Part shown: positions 20,344-29,206 of the stretch, one piece after another
Numbering within the stretch: position 1 is the stretch's first letter
How the letters are laid out: the number at the start of each line of letters is the position of its first letter
IMG/VR virus record: IMGVR_UViG_3300045988_175865
Span: 1-32,000 of that record
DNA: 32,000 nt
Source of the DNA: a virus
Strand: one strand, 5' to 3'
Notes under the pieces: generated by a model
Databases searched by the model: none
The model's input: only the letters and a program-made list of their open reading frames with translations
Told to the model about the DNA's origin: nothing
Translations under genes and position numbers: made by a program

Positions 20344-21495
20344 TTACGGTATTAATACAGTTATTCCTGGAAACTTCTGAGATTTATTCCCATCAGATGT
20401 AATAATCCAGATTAAGTTTTTACAAGTTGAAAATGTAAATTTAGATAAGTAACCATCAGTAAATATCACACAAGAACTAAATTCTTTGTGTTCTTTATAG
20501 AAGTCTAGAGCTGGGCAAACATCAGTACCTCCACGACCAATAAATTCAAATTTACTTTTTTTATCATATTTACATATCTTAGTGATATTAGTATCACACT
20601 CTATAATTGTTATATCTACACCTGTTTTATATATATGATTAACTTCAGATATAAAATTAGAAAAGTCATTCATATTTATAGAACCTGAAGTATCAATAAC
20701 AACACATATGTTTGGTTTTCTTTTTAAACGAGTTCCTCTAGCATCAGGTAATCTTTTTGAAGGTCTCATCCTAGTTAATTGTAGATCACTACTAATAGAA
20801 TCTCCAACTACTCGTCTAAAATAGTTTCTCCAGTTAAAAACTGGAGGATTATTTCTTATTTTTTCAAGTATTTCTTTTAATTCTCCAGGTATGTGGCCTA
20901 CTTGTTTATTAACAAGAGCTTCTGTTTCTTTTAACTTAGACTTTACTTGATTTTCATATAATTTACGTTCGGCTTCCGATATATCTTTAGGCCACATATC
21001 ATGATTATCTATACTTTTAAAGTCGGCTAATCCTTCAGTACCAGGGATACATTTTTCAGGGTGTTCTTTAACAAACTTTTGTATTTCATTATAATAATAC
21101 CACGCCCCTCTATTGGGCTCTAGGTTCTTTCCAATTAACTTAGAAAGATTCTGTAAAGTAACACACCCATCAGGCAATCCTGTAACTATTTGGTTCACAA
21201 CTACATCTGTTGCTATATTCATATTATCATGATTATCTGCTTTGAAATCATCAGTAAGATGAAATAAACATATGTGTACTAACTCATGGGTGAGCACAGC
21301 AATACATTCAGTATCAGTAAGGTTATTCCAAAATGTTTCATTTACATATAATGTAAAATTGATACCATTAGGACCTACAGCAGCTGTTTTTACAGGATGA
21401 TTATCACTAACAATCTCCTTGCGTAGATTTAGCAAGAAAAGTCCATAAAAAGGTTGCTGAATAAGAAGCTCTTTACATGCTTTAATTAATTGCAT
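20344..21495 (-). CDS. vWA-domain protein with an N-terminal putative metallopeptidase domain (DUF2201-like); partner of the AAA+ ATPase
   Basis: HExxH in LTHELVHICLFH. MIDAS DxSxS in VVIDTSGSINMND. It lies immediately upstream of the ATPase on the same strand. No TGA. Confidence 0.75.
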   Translation of the reverse strand: MQLIKACKELLIQQPFYGLFLLNLRKEIVSDNHPVKTAAVGPNGINFTLYVNETFWNNLTDTECIAVLTHELVHICLFHLTDDFKADNHDNMNIATDVVVNQIVTGLPDGCVTLQNLSKLIGKNLEPNRGAWYYYNEIQKFVKEHPEKCIPGTEGLADFKSIDNHDMWPKDISEAERKLYENQVKSKLKETEALVNKQVGHIPGELKEILEKIRNNPPVFNWRNYFRRVVGDSISSDLQLTRMRPSKRLPDARGTRLKRKPNICVVIDTSGSINMNDFSNFISEVNHIYKTGVDITIIECDTNITKICKYDKKSKFEFIGRGGTDVCPALDFYKEHKEFSSCVIFTDGYLSKFTFSTCKNLIWIITSDGNKSQKFPGITVLIP

Positions 21496-21667
21496 ATTCT
21501 ATTTCATCTTTATTAAGCCAACGTTTAAATGTTAATCTAACAACGCCTTTTATAGGTGCATCTAACATTTTATAGTCAGCATTACATTCATAAAAAATCC
21601 TAGGATTGTTGGTATCATAAGTCCAACAAATCCCAGGATATTCGTTAGTTAAACAATATTTTCTCAT
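21482..21667 (-). CDS. Hypothetical small protein
   Basis: ORF-track ORF. It overlaps both neighbours in operon style (TAATG at 21665-21669). Confidence 0.45.
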   Translation of the reverse strand: MRKYCLTNEYPGICWTYDTNNPRIFYECNADYKMLDAPIKGVVRLTFKRWLNKDEIEYAIN

Positions 21668-22251
21668 TAGTGTTGTTTACAATATATTACGCCTTGATAA
21701 CGGCTATTAAAGCAAAGATTACATTTTCTGCAATCTCCTTTACATCTTACAGCATTATTTGGTAAATTATTAAATTGAAACTTATCTACACAGAAAAACC
21801 AACGGTGTGCTTTAATATTTGGAGAAGAAGAATTTACTATAAAGTGAACTCCGCTAAAATTTAAGTCCTCTCTACAGGTATAACAATATGTTTTAATTCC
21901 AAAAACTTTATATAACCATCGTCCAATATTAGATCACCTGTCAACAGACTGTTGATCTGGAAAATCACCCGCTTCATTAAGTCTAACGTATTTAATCTTA
22001 ACAGGAGCATTTAATATATAATACATTAGCATGTCCTTAAGATCTTTATCATCCCACAAATACATGTATGACTCAATCAATGTGTTTTTGTGCAAGTATG
22101 CTTTATATATACGTTCACATTTTTTAGCATAACATACTTTACTACATCTACAGAAGCCTAATCTTTCCGAAGGACAATGTACTGCAGATGTAATATTTAC
22201 TATGAGTGTTTCTTTTGGTAATTTGGCATTCCCATATGAAAATACTTGCAT
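21667..22251 (-). CDS. Cys-rich protein, possibly GP88-family-like
   Basis: ORF-track 21934..22251 continues through one TGA to TAA at 21667 (194 aa). The N-terminal pattern SYGNAKLP...CPSERLGFCRCSKVCYAKK recalls the xSLPAxxTCP...C..CYA signature; the assignment is from memory only. Confidence 0.45.
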
Positions 22252-22279
22252 ATTACCTAAGCCTCATCGCTCTTGAAAT

Positions 22280-22735
22280 TTAATAATATTCGTATTCATC
22301 ATAGTTTTCATTATAATAGTCTTCATCTCCAGTATCATCTCCTATAGGATTATTAAACCCATATTTAACGGAAGTTGCTTTGAAAAGAGGTAATCCATAG
22401 TAGGCATAATTATCATTAGACCAATTTTCCAAACCTTCTTCAAGGATCCAGTTCCACATCTGCACCACCTCAAACATTAGACTCGAAGAAATGCCTCTTT
22501 TATCTAAGGCTTTCTCAAAACCAAAAGCAACATCTTCTTTAAGCTGCTTCAGTACATTCTCTCTGGTAAAAGGAATAGTCTTTTTATCCCATTCTTCCTT
22601 AGTTACGTTATCTTGAAGAGTTAGACCACAAAAAGGAAACATTTCAAAGGGAATGAATTCTGCAAGTCTATATAAATCTCTTCTATCTATCGTAGGACTT
22701 TTATATGCTACTTTAATCTGTTCAAGTGTTTTCAT
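22280..22735 (-). CDS. Hypothetical protein with an acidic, Tyr-rich C-terminal tail
   Basis: 151-aa ORF that ends GDDTGDEDYYNENYDEYEYY. Confidence 0.55.
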   Translation of the reverse strand: MKTLEQIKVAYKSPTIDRRDLYRLAEFIPFEMFPFCGLTLQDNVTKEEWDKKTIPFTRENVLKQLKEDVAFGFEKALDKRGISSSLMFEVVQMWNWILEEGLENWSNDNYAYYGLPLFKATSVKYGFNNPIGDDTGDEDYYNENYDEYEYY

Positions 22736-22804
22736 CTTCTATATGTTATATTTTAGCTGTCATCTTTAGATAATTTGATGTTAGTACTTGATAATATATC
22801 TTCT

Positions 22805-23044
22805 TTATCTTTTGTTAAGTTTAAATTTACCACAACGTAAAGAACCACTAAGCCCTAAATCTAAACTACCATAAACATAAGATTTATAGAAACTTCCATA
22901 TGGGTTAGCCTCAAGACTCCAATCCTCTAAAGCTCCAATCTGATACATAATACTATCTATATTATCAATAGGAATCATCGGTAAATCTAATTCTCTATTA
23001 CTAGAATTGAGAAATTCTTCTATTAGTTGTTTAATCGTTTCCAT
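22805..23044 (-). CDS. Hypothetical small protein
   Basis: ORF-track ORF that overlaps the thyX stop by 14 nt. Confidence 0.45.
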   Translation of the reverse strand: METIKQLIEEFLNSSNRELDLPMIPIDNIDSIMYQIGALEDWSLEANPYGSFYKSYVYGSLDLGLSGSLRCGKFKLNKR

Positions 23045-23945
23045 CTAATAAGTTTCTTTTAATAAACTCTTCTTTTAAAGGAATAGCTAGTTCCTGAGCC
23101 TGAGGATGAGCTGCTTTATCAGTTCTAAGTTTAAAGAATCCTCTCCACTGTTCAATAGTACCAGTCATAATTAATTCTGTTTTTGTGCACAATGGAAGAA
23201 TTTCTCTAGCCTCTTGAGCTTTACAACCTCTGTTAATAAGAGCTTTATAATTCACTTCAGCTGATTCACACTGAGATAAGAAAATGTCAACAGAGTCTCC
23301 TTCAAAATGTTTTAGTATGGTATTGGGAATATTATTTTTATCTGCAGCATCTACCCAATCGTTATCCCAATATTGATATCTAGCCTCCTTTAAATCAGTC
23401 CAATAAGGAATAATAAACGTAAGTTCGTTATTAAATTTATCGGAATTGTAATTGCAATATCTTGTTGATTGTTCCGCAAATGATAACACGCGATGGCGAC
23501 AAAACTCACGACTTATAGAAATTGGAAGAATAAACTTTACTGTAATTCGTTTTTCATGATATTCAGTAGGTTCACAGAGATGTTTTAAATCGTCAAGCCA
23601 GCCATTTTCATATAAAACTCTGTAATTAGTTGTGATATGATAATTACCATAAGAATCTGTATTAATAACTGAGTAAGAATTAGAAAGGTATTGTTTAATT
23701 ACCCAATTATCACCTATTATATTGGAAGCATGATCCTTATGAATATAAAGATATACAGTGCCATGTTCAAGCATTGCGGTATGCTGTCTATCCTTAATCA
23801 TATTAACAAACTTCTCTGCAGAATCTTCTGTAATACGATCCTCTGACTTATAACATGTTCTTCCTGCTCTTTCAATTTGTTTATATATTCCTTGAATACC
23901 TGGCTCTTGTTCTAAAATTTCAAAACTACTTTTAATAAGTTTCAT
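23031..23945 (-). CDS. thyX: FAD-dependent thymidylate synthase ThyX
   Basis: ThyX signature RHRVLSFAEQSTRY (RHRxxSxxxxSxR), plus the N-terminal AGRTCYKS and HTAMLEHG blocks. 304 aa, no TGA. Confidence 0.9.
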   Translation of the reverse strand: MKLIKSSFEILEQEPGIQGIYKQIERAGRTCYKSEDRITEDSAEKFVNMIKDRQHTAMLEHGTVYLYIHKDHASNIIGDNWVIKQYLSNSYSVINTDSYGNYHITTNYRVLYENGWLDDLKHLCEPTEYHEKRITVKFILPISISREFCRHRVLSFAEQSTRYCNYNSDKFNNELTFIIPYWTDLKEARYQYWDNDWVDAADKNNIPNTILKHFEGDSVDIFLSQCESAEVNYKALINRGCKAQEAREILPLCTKTELIMTGTIEQWRGFFKLRTDKAAHPQAQELAIPLKEEFIKRNLLDGND

Positions 23946-23953
23946 ATAATTAT

Positions 23954-24250
23954 TTATTCTTTTTGTTTATAAGTTATAGTTGGAATTGCAATAAATTCTG
24001 AAACAAAACAGGGTTTATCAATATCTTTCCAACTATTCTCCTCACTATATAATTTAGAAGGCCCAGTTATACCAATATATCCGTTCTCACACTCATATAC
24101 ATCTGTTGAGATTTCATACCATCTATGTTCATCTATATACAGATTACTAGCAACCTTTTTAATTCTATTATTGATAAATTCTTCAGCACTATATAATGAA
24201 TATAGAGGATAATTATCCCTTATTAAGTTTACTGCTTCATTAACTTTCAT
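23954..24250 (-). CDS. Hypothetical protein, tandem paralogue A
   Basis: 98 aa. Shares MKV.E...I, Y.CE.G...ITG and E(F/Y)I.IPT..Y..K with the adjacent ORF. Confidence 0.55.
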   Translation of the reverse strand: MKVNEAVNLIRDNYPLYSLYSAEEFINNRIKKVASNLYIDEHRWYEISTDVYECENGYIGITGPSKLYSEENSWKDIDKPCFVSEFIAIPTITYKQKE

Positions 24251-24549
24251 TATCGACGATATTTTGGAGCATACATTACAGTAGGAATTTCAATATATTC
24301 TTCTGCAAATGCTGCTATATTAAATTCCTCATAATCTTTCTTTTTTATATTATTCTTAAGACCTGTAATTGCAACAAACCCGTCTTCACATTGATAAATA
24401 TTTGTTACTATATTAAAATATTTATGCTTTGTAATATTATAGTTCTCAACTACAATATCATCCTTATATAAACCTACAGCTCTAGTTGCTTCAATTAAGG
24501 AATAATAATCAGTATTACTAATTATGGATATAACTTCTTTTACTTTCAT
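24250..24549 (-). CDS. Hypothetical protein, tandem paralogue B
   Basis: 99 aa. Collinear similarity to 23954..24250, with a TAATG junction between them. Confidence 0.55.
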   Translation of the reverse strand: MKVKEVISIISNTDYYSLIEATRAVGLYKDDIVVENYNITKHKYFNIVTNIYQCEDGFVAITGLKNNIKKKDYEEFNIAAFAEEYIEIPTVMYAPKYRR

Positions 24550-24560
24550 TTTATTATATA

Positions 24561-24746
24561 TTATATTTTAATAATTTTATCACAACTTTTCAAGTGAACT
24601 TTTCCACTAAGATCATATTTTAATTTGATTCTTTCTGCAGTAAATCCTATAACTTCTGCTTTTACAAACCAAGATGAAGTTCGTGATCGCTCAATACAAA
24701 TAACTTGATCTCCAATTGCTAATATGTTACCTAACCAATCTTTCAT
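24561..24746 (-). CDS. Hypothetical small protein
   Basis: 61-aa ORF joined to the upstream ORF by a TAATG junction. Confidence 0.45.
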   Translation of the reverse strand: MKDWLGNILAIGDQVICIERSRTSSWFVKAEVIGFTAERIKLKYDLSGKVHLKSCDKIIKI

Positions 24747-25204
24747 TATGTATTCATTTTATAAAACATTTGTATCTTTTCTTTCAAATCATATAGTATT
24801 GCTTTTTCCTGAACAGTATTTACAAATAGTTCGTACATATTATACTTTTCATCATTATATATTAACAACATATCATTAATACTTACATCAATATAATTAC
24901 CTCCTATATAATATCGTAATTTAAAATTAATATATGAATTATTACATTCATACTTAATATCTGTATAACATTCTGAAGCAATATTTAATAAATTATTAAT
25001 AAAGTTCTTTGTATAAGATACAACCATTCTATTTGTAATTGGAATCCTACTCTTTGTTCGGTCTTCAATATTTCTAATAACATCATTTACAACACTATCC
25101 CTTGCTATTATTGTAGCTTGATCTGATTCAATTTTACAAGTTCGAGATTGAAGATTAGAAACAAACAGTTGAATTTCTTTTAAAGTTAAATTTTCATCAT
25201 TCAT
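24746..25204 (-). CDS. Hypothetical protein
   Basis: 152-aa ORF joined to the DNA polymerase stop by a TAATG junction. Confidence 0.5.
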   Translation of the reverse strand: MNDENLTLKEIQLFVSNLQSRTCKIESDQATIIARDSVVNDVIRNIEDRTKSRIPITNRMVVSYTKNFINNLLNIASECYTDIKYECNNSYINFKLRYYIGGNYIDVSINDMLLIYNDEKYNMYELFVNTVQEKAILYDLKEKIQMFYKMNT

Positions 25205-26129
25205 TAAAATAATTTTAATTGTTTATGCTTAAACATACATACGATTTTTTGTGCTGCAGCTATATAAAAAGAATAATTAATATTAGATGGTAATTCATCA
25301 GATTTATTAATAGTATTCAAAATTGTTACGCCAGAGTCAGTTAATAGTTTAATATAGTTATATCGTCTACCATTAGAATCTATTTTACATTTATATAGCC
25401 ATGGACCATCAGTAGATATATAATATCGGTTAATACGTTGAATTAACTGACCATCATATTCTACAGAATAATCTTTACTAACTTTTTGATAAGTTATAAA
25501 CTTATTAATATCCTTACAAGCATAAATAGTATCTGCAACAGGAATTCCATCTGCTAAACATTTATTAATAGCTTCGGGAATAATAACTGCATCCATACCT
25601 TTGCCAAGTTTTACCTTGTCGATAAACATACCTTTTGTCTTTAAAAGACTTGGATCTTTTGTTTCAGAATAACCTTCCTTAATTGCAAGATAGTCATTAA
25701 TAGCAAACTGATACATTGCTTCAAATCTATCCTCTTCAAGAGTAAGTTTAGTTAAGATTTCCCAATTCTTGCAAATTTCTTGTACATTGGTATATTTGTT
25801 TCGTTTTAATAGTACAAATAATCCATCAGTATTAGCTTGAATTATTCTACAACCTGCTTGAACTAATTTCTCCGCTAACATTAATAACATCAATTGTCCA
25901 TTAATTCTAATTTGCATAACAGCATATGGAGAATAACAAAAATTATGTTCATTTTGTAGATTACCAGACAAACCGTTTAAAGCAAGTTTTAGAGTTTCAT
26001 TCTTAACTTTATTTCCATTATGTTTAGCTTCTAATCGTTCATCTCGAATTTGAGAGTAAACTTCAAGGAATTCTTTACCAAGATGTTTTGGATAAAATCC
26101 ATATTGTATAATAATGCTAGGATATAGTG
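25204..26129 (-). CDS. Family B DNA polymerase, exon 2 (palm/thumb)
   Basis: Starts (S)LYPSIIIQYGFYP. It contains the motif B-like KLALNGLSGNL and the motif C-like IQANTDGLFV. TAA at 25204. Confidence 0.85.
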
Positions 26130-26514
26130 CATATCCATTTTAATTTTCGACTATATCTTAATTTTTATATCTAATTTGTTCTGAATTTAATTCAATGTAG
26201 TGTCATTTAAAGCCTTTATATGAAGCTTTTGTACCTTGACAACAACAATAAATGGATATAACCAAATTAAATTTATAAAAATTCGCGGCGTTTCGAATAA
26301 AACCTTATAAAGTTTTATCCTACTCTCTTTCGAGATAGTCTGTGAACCTTGATCCTATAAGGATCCTTGGCTGCGGATTATAATACTTATTAAGTTTTTA
26401 CTTTCTCATAAGCGTTATCTTATGTGCTACACTATGTATTACTACTAGCTGCAGTATTAATAAGTTAAATTAAGTTCCCGCAATTAACCGCGTTTTACTT
26501 GCGCCACTATATTA
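26130..26514 (-). mobile_element. ORF-less group I self-splicing intron 4 (385 nt) in DNA polymerase motif A
   Basis: On the minus strand: P1 is exon UUGCGU with intron GCGCAA (U.G at the splice site). P10 is intron AUAGUG with 3' exon CACUAU. Core elements are AAUCCGCAGCC (26369-26379), GGUUCACAGACUA (about 26335-26349) and AAGAUAUAGUCG (about 26148-26160), with terminal G at 26130. Removal gives exactly 650 codons. Confidence 0.9.
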
Positions 26515-27538
26515 ACGCAACATCTATATCAATAAGCATTTCATCTTTTGTAGGTATAATTTCCTCAGGTTTATTAACACTATGAATACCTCCAACTCCA
26601 ACAGTATATTCTAATTCATCAAATATAAAATGTTTCTCATATCCTTTACGTCCAGGAGAAACTGTTTGCTTTTTCATATCAGCTAATACACTTTTAAGTA
26701 TAGGTGATTCAAACTCAATAAAAGGTAAAATAACCTCATTTAATGGAATTAAATCGCAAGGTGACCTCAAATCTTTAATTTGATTTCAGGTTTGTCCTGT
26801 TTTTTCAAGATACTTTTGAGTAATAATTTTCATTCCAATATTAACTCCATCTTTATTAAGTACCTTTACTCCATACTCATCTTCAATAGCTATACGTAAA
26901 TCAATATCCTTTTTACATCTATTTAATAATTCCTCAGTAGAATCAACATCATTAATATTATATTCTATCATTTTAGGAATTTCAGATACAGGAAGATAAT
27001 CTTGGAAATCGCCTTCATATTCTTGAACATTTCGAAACTGCATAGTTACTTGCATCTCCTTTAACCCTACTCTCAACTTTTGAGAATAAAGCATAGTTAA
27101 CAAGTCTAATGTTTCAAAATAAATTTTATATTTCCACTTTGTTCAAGAACTAAAATTAGTATCAGTAGATTGAATTATTAAATTACTAAGTTTAAATAAA
27201 GATGCGCATATCTCTGAATACGACATCTTTAACATTACTTTATGAAAATCAATAATATAATTAATAATAGGATTATCATAATGAATATTATTGTATCCAC
27301 AAAATATTTTATCTGTTTTAAACTGTAAGTTTGTAGTATAGTTTCTTTCTCAAATACCAATTTGAGATTGATTTCTAACAGTTCAAAATAAATCTACTAA
27401 CTCTTGTAAATTATTCTTACGTTCAGATATTTCAAAAAATAAGCGTTCTCCTGTTTCTGTATTTTTTACAACACAGTGAAACACATTAGGAAATATTTCA
27501 ATATCATAAACGTATACAGTTTTATTTCTAATTAACAT
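26515..27538 (-). CDS. Family B DNA polymerase, exon 1 (3'-5' exonuclease domain and start of palm)
   Basis: ATG at 27538. Exo I is YVYDIEIF and Exo II-like is GYNNIHYDNPII. At least four in-frame TGAs. It ends ...IDIDVA + t, and splicing restores DIDVASLYPS. Confidence 0.85.
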
Positions 27539-27801
27539 TATACCTCATCATATGTAATTCTAAATATTTCAGGTTTGCAAGGATAAAATTCATTCCTAAC
27601 TCCTCTGATAATATAATCTCCAACTGAAGCTTTCATTATACCTTCAAGAGTTGGAATTCCAAGCGAATAATCATTTTCTTCTTGTGTATTGTTATAACGC
27701 AAAAGTTGATTTCCGACAAACTCTTCAACTTCTTCAACATTATTTCCAATATACTGAATAGCCTCTATTTCTACAGGTTTTTTTCTATATTTCTTTATCA
27801 T
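27538..27801 (-). CDS. Hypothetical small protein
   Basis: 87-aa ORF (KKPVEIEAIQY...GDYII...FYPCKPEIF) joined to the polymerase by a TAATG junction. Confidence 0.55.
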   Translation of the reverse strand: MIKKYRKKPVEIEAIQYIGNNVEEVEEFVGNQLLRYNNTQEENDYSLGIPTLEGIMKASVGDYIIRGVRNEFYPCKPEIFRITYDEV

Positions 27802-27991
27802 TTATAACGGTATATATTTTATTAAAATCATCTTCATTAATCCAAAATCTGTATCCGTTCCAGTTGCAATAAAAACCATTTACTCTTTTATTCTCAGTAT
27901 GCTGAACTTGCATTTTTAATATTTGATGATTATAATCAAATTTTGTCATTGGCTGAACTTCAACTTCGAGGTTTTTAACTTTTGCTTTCAT
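27785..27991 (-). CDS. Hypothetical small protein
   Basis: 68-aa ORF that overlaps the downstream ORF by 17 nt. Confidence 0.45.
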   Translation of the reverse strand: MKAKVKNLEVEVQPMTKFDYNHQILKMQVQHTENKRVNGFYCNWNGYRFWINEDDFNKIYTVINDKEI

Positions 27992-28100
27992 TAAAACAAA
28001 CTGCTAATCATCACACTTAAATATAACAAGTTATCTTGTAAAGCTATATTATTAAGCTCACATAGATTGTTATATATCTTTATATAAAGTTTACAAATAT

Positions 28101-28265
28101 TTAACATTTTCCTATTAATTTTAACCAATCTTCCTCTACAAAGTAAGACATTCAACCATATTGATCTAATCAACTCTCTTCATTAATAAGACAGGCATGT
28201 TCATTAAAGTCAGGATGTTCCATTAACTCCTGAGTATACGGTCATTCTACAATTACATATTTCAC
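28101..28265 (-). CDS. Candidate small protein visible only when TGA is read as Trp
   Basis: (V)KYVIVE-W-PYTQELMEHPDFNEHACLINEES-W-LDQYG-W-MSYFVEEDWLKLIGKC, with TAA at 28101. GTG start at 28265, or an internal ATG. It contains three in-frame TGAs. Confidence 0.35.
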
Positions 28266-28266
28266 A

Positions 28267-28713
28267 TTATAGCTCATCTAATTCTGTTTGTAACATTTCA
28301 GGATAATATTTCCGATAAAACATTCGAATTGTATCTTCTCCTACCTGTAAATCCCTATTTTTATCCCTTTTAATAGCTTCATAGTATGGGATAACTATTT
28401 CCTTATATTGAATATTTGCATTGAATTTAGACGCTATTTCTTCCCATTTAGCCTTAGTTTTAGGATTAAGATTAGTGGCATCAATAACTACATTATATCC
28501 ATTAGTTAAAGCCTCTTCAATCATTAGTTTTTCATAGATACTAATTAACTTTTCTCTAGAAGGTACCCAATAATCTCCACACATTAATCTAATATCATCC
28601 CGATTTATTCTAATCCAAGTACTCTTATCTTTCACAAATTCTTTTGCAAAATAGGTTTTACCAGATGCTGGAGGTCCAACAAGTACTAATAATATCTTAT
28701 TCTCGTCTTTCAT
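28267..28713 (-). CDS. P-loop kinase resembling the T4 polynucleotide kinase N-terminal domain (AAA_33-like)
   Basis: Walker A LVGPPASGKT, INRDDIR, and VVIDATNLNPKTKAKW. 148 aa. Confidence 0.7.
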   Translation of the reverse strand: MKDENKILLVLVGPPASGKTYFAKEFVKDKSTWIRINRDDIRLMCGDYWVPSREKLISIYEKLMIEEALTNGYNVVIDATNLNPKTKAKWEEIASKFNANIQYKEIVIPYYEAIKRDKNRDLQVGEDTIRMFYRKYYPEMLQTELDEL

Positions 28714-29206
28714 TACACTCTTTCCACATTTTGTATATAGGCTCAGAAATCGTTATAAAATCTTTAAGAGGATTAACAATTTTTCCTTTGAAAACGTCAA
28801 TTCTATTTACTTTAGATTCTTTGATAATCTGAATTCCCCATAAACATTCTCTGGTAATATCCATATCTATATTAGGTAAATCCTTATTTATACCTTGTAA
28901 ATAAGTTACCCTGGCAATAATATATCTTCTAAGTTTAATAATATCAGGTTTTTCATAAATATTTACATATTCTTTAATCTTACCTGATTTAGAAAGAATA
29001 GAACATACATACGGTAACAAACTACCAGATTTCATTCTTAAAAATCAATCATCTAAGCTAAAGAATGTAACATTATCATTTTTAGAAGTTATATTATCTC
29101 CAACAACAATATATTCATAACCTTCTTCATAAAAAGAACAAGGAATCTTATATATAAATTTGATATCCTTGTTCTCTTTTAGTTGCCTTATTTCTTCTTT
29201 AGTCAT
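28697..29206 (-). CDS. Hypothetical protein
   Basis: ORF-track 28697..29035 extends through one TGA to the ATG at 29206 (170 codons). Confidence 0.5.

Noticed and set aside
27991-28173. A 60-aa minus-strand ORF from the ORF track.
   Set aside because: Its translation is low-complexity (LLCRGRLVKINRKMLNICKLYIKIYNNL). It overlaps a more protein-like frame that is open under TGA=Trp (28101-28265). It is probably spurious, and 27992-28100 is then probably intergenic.
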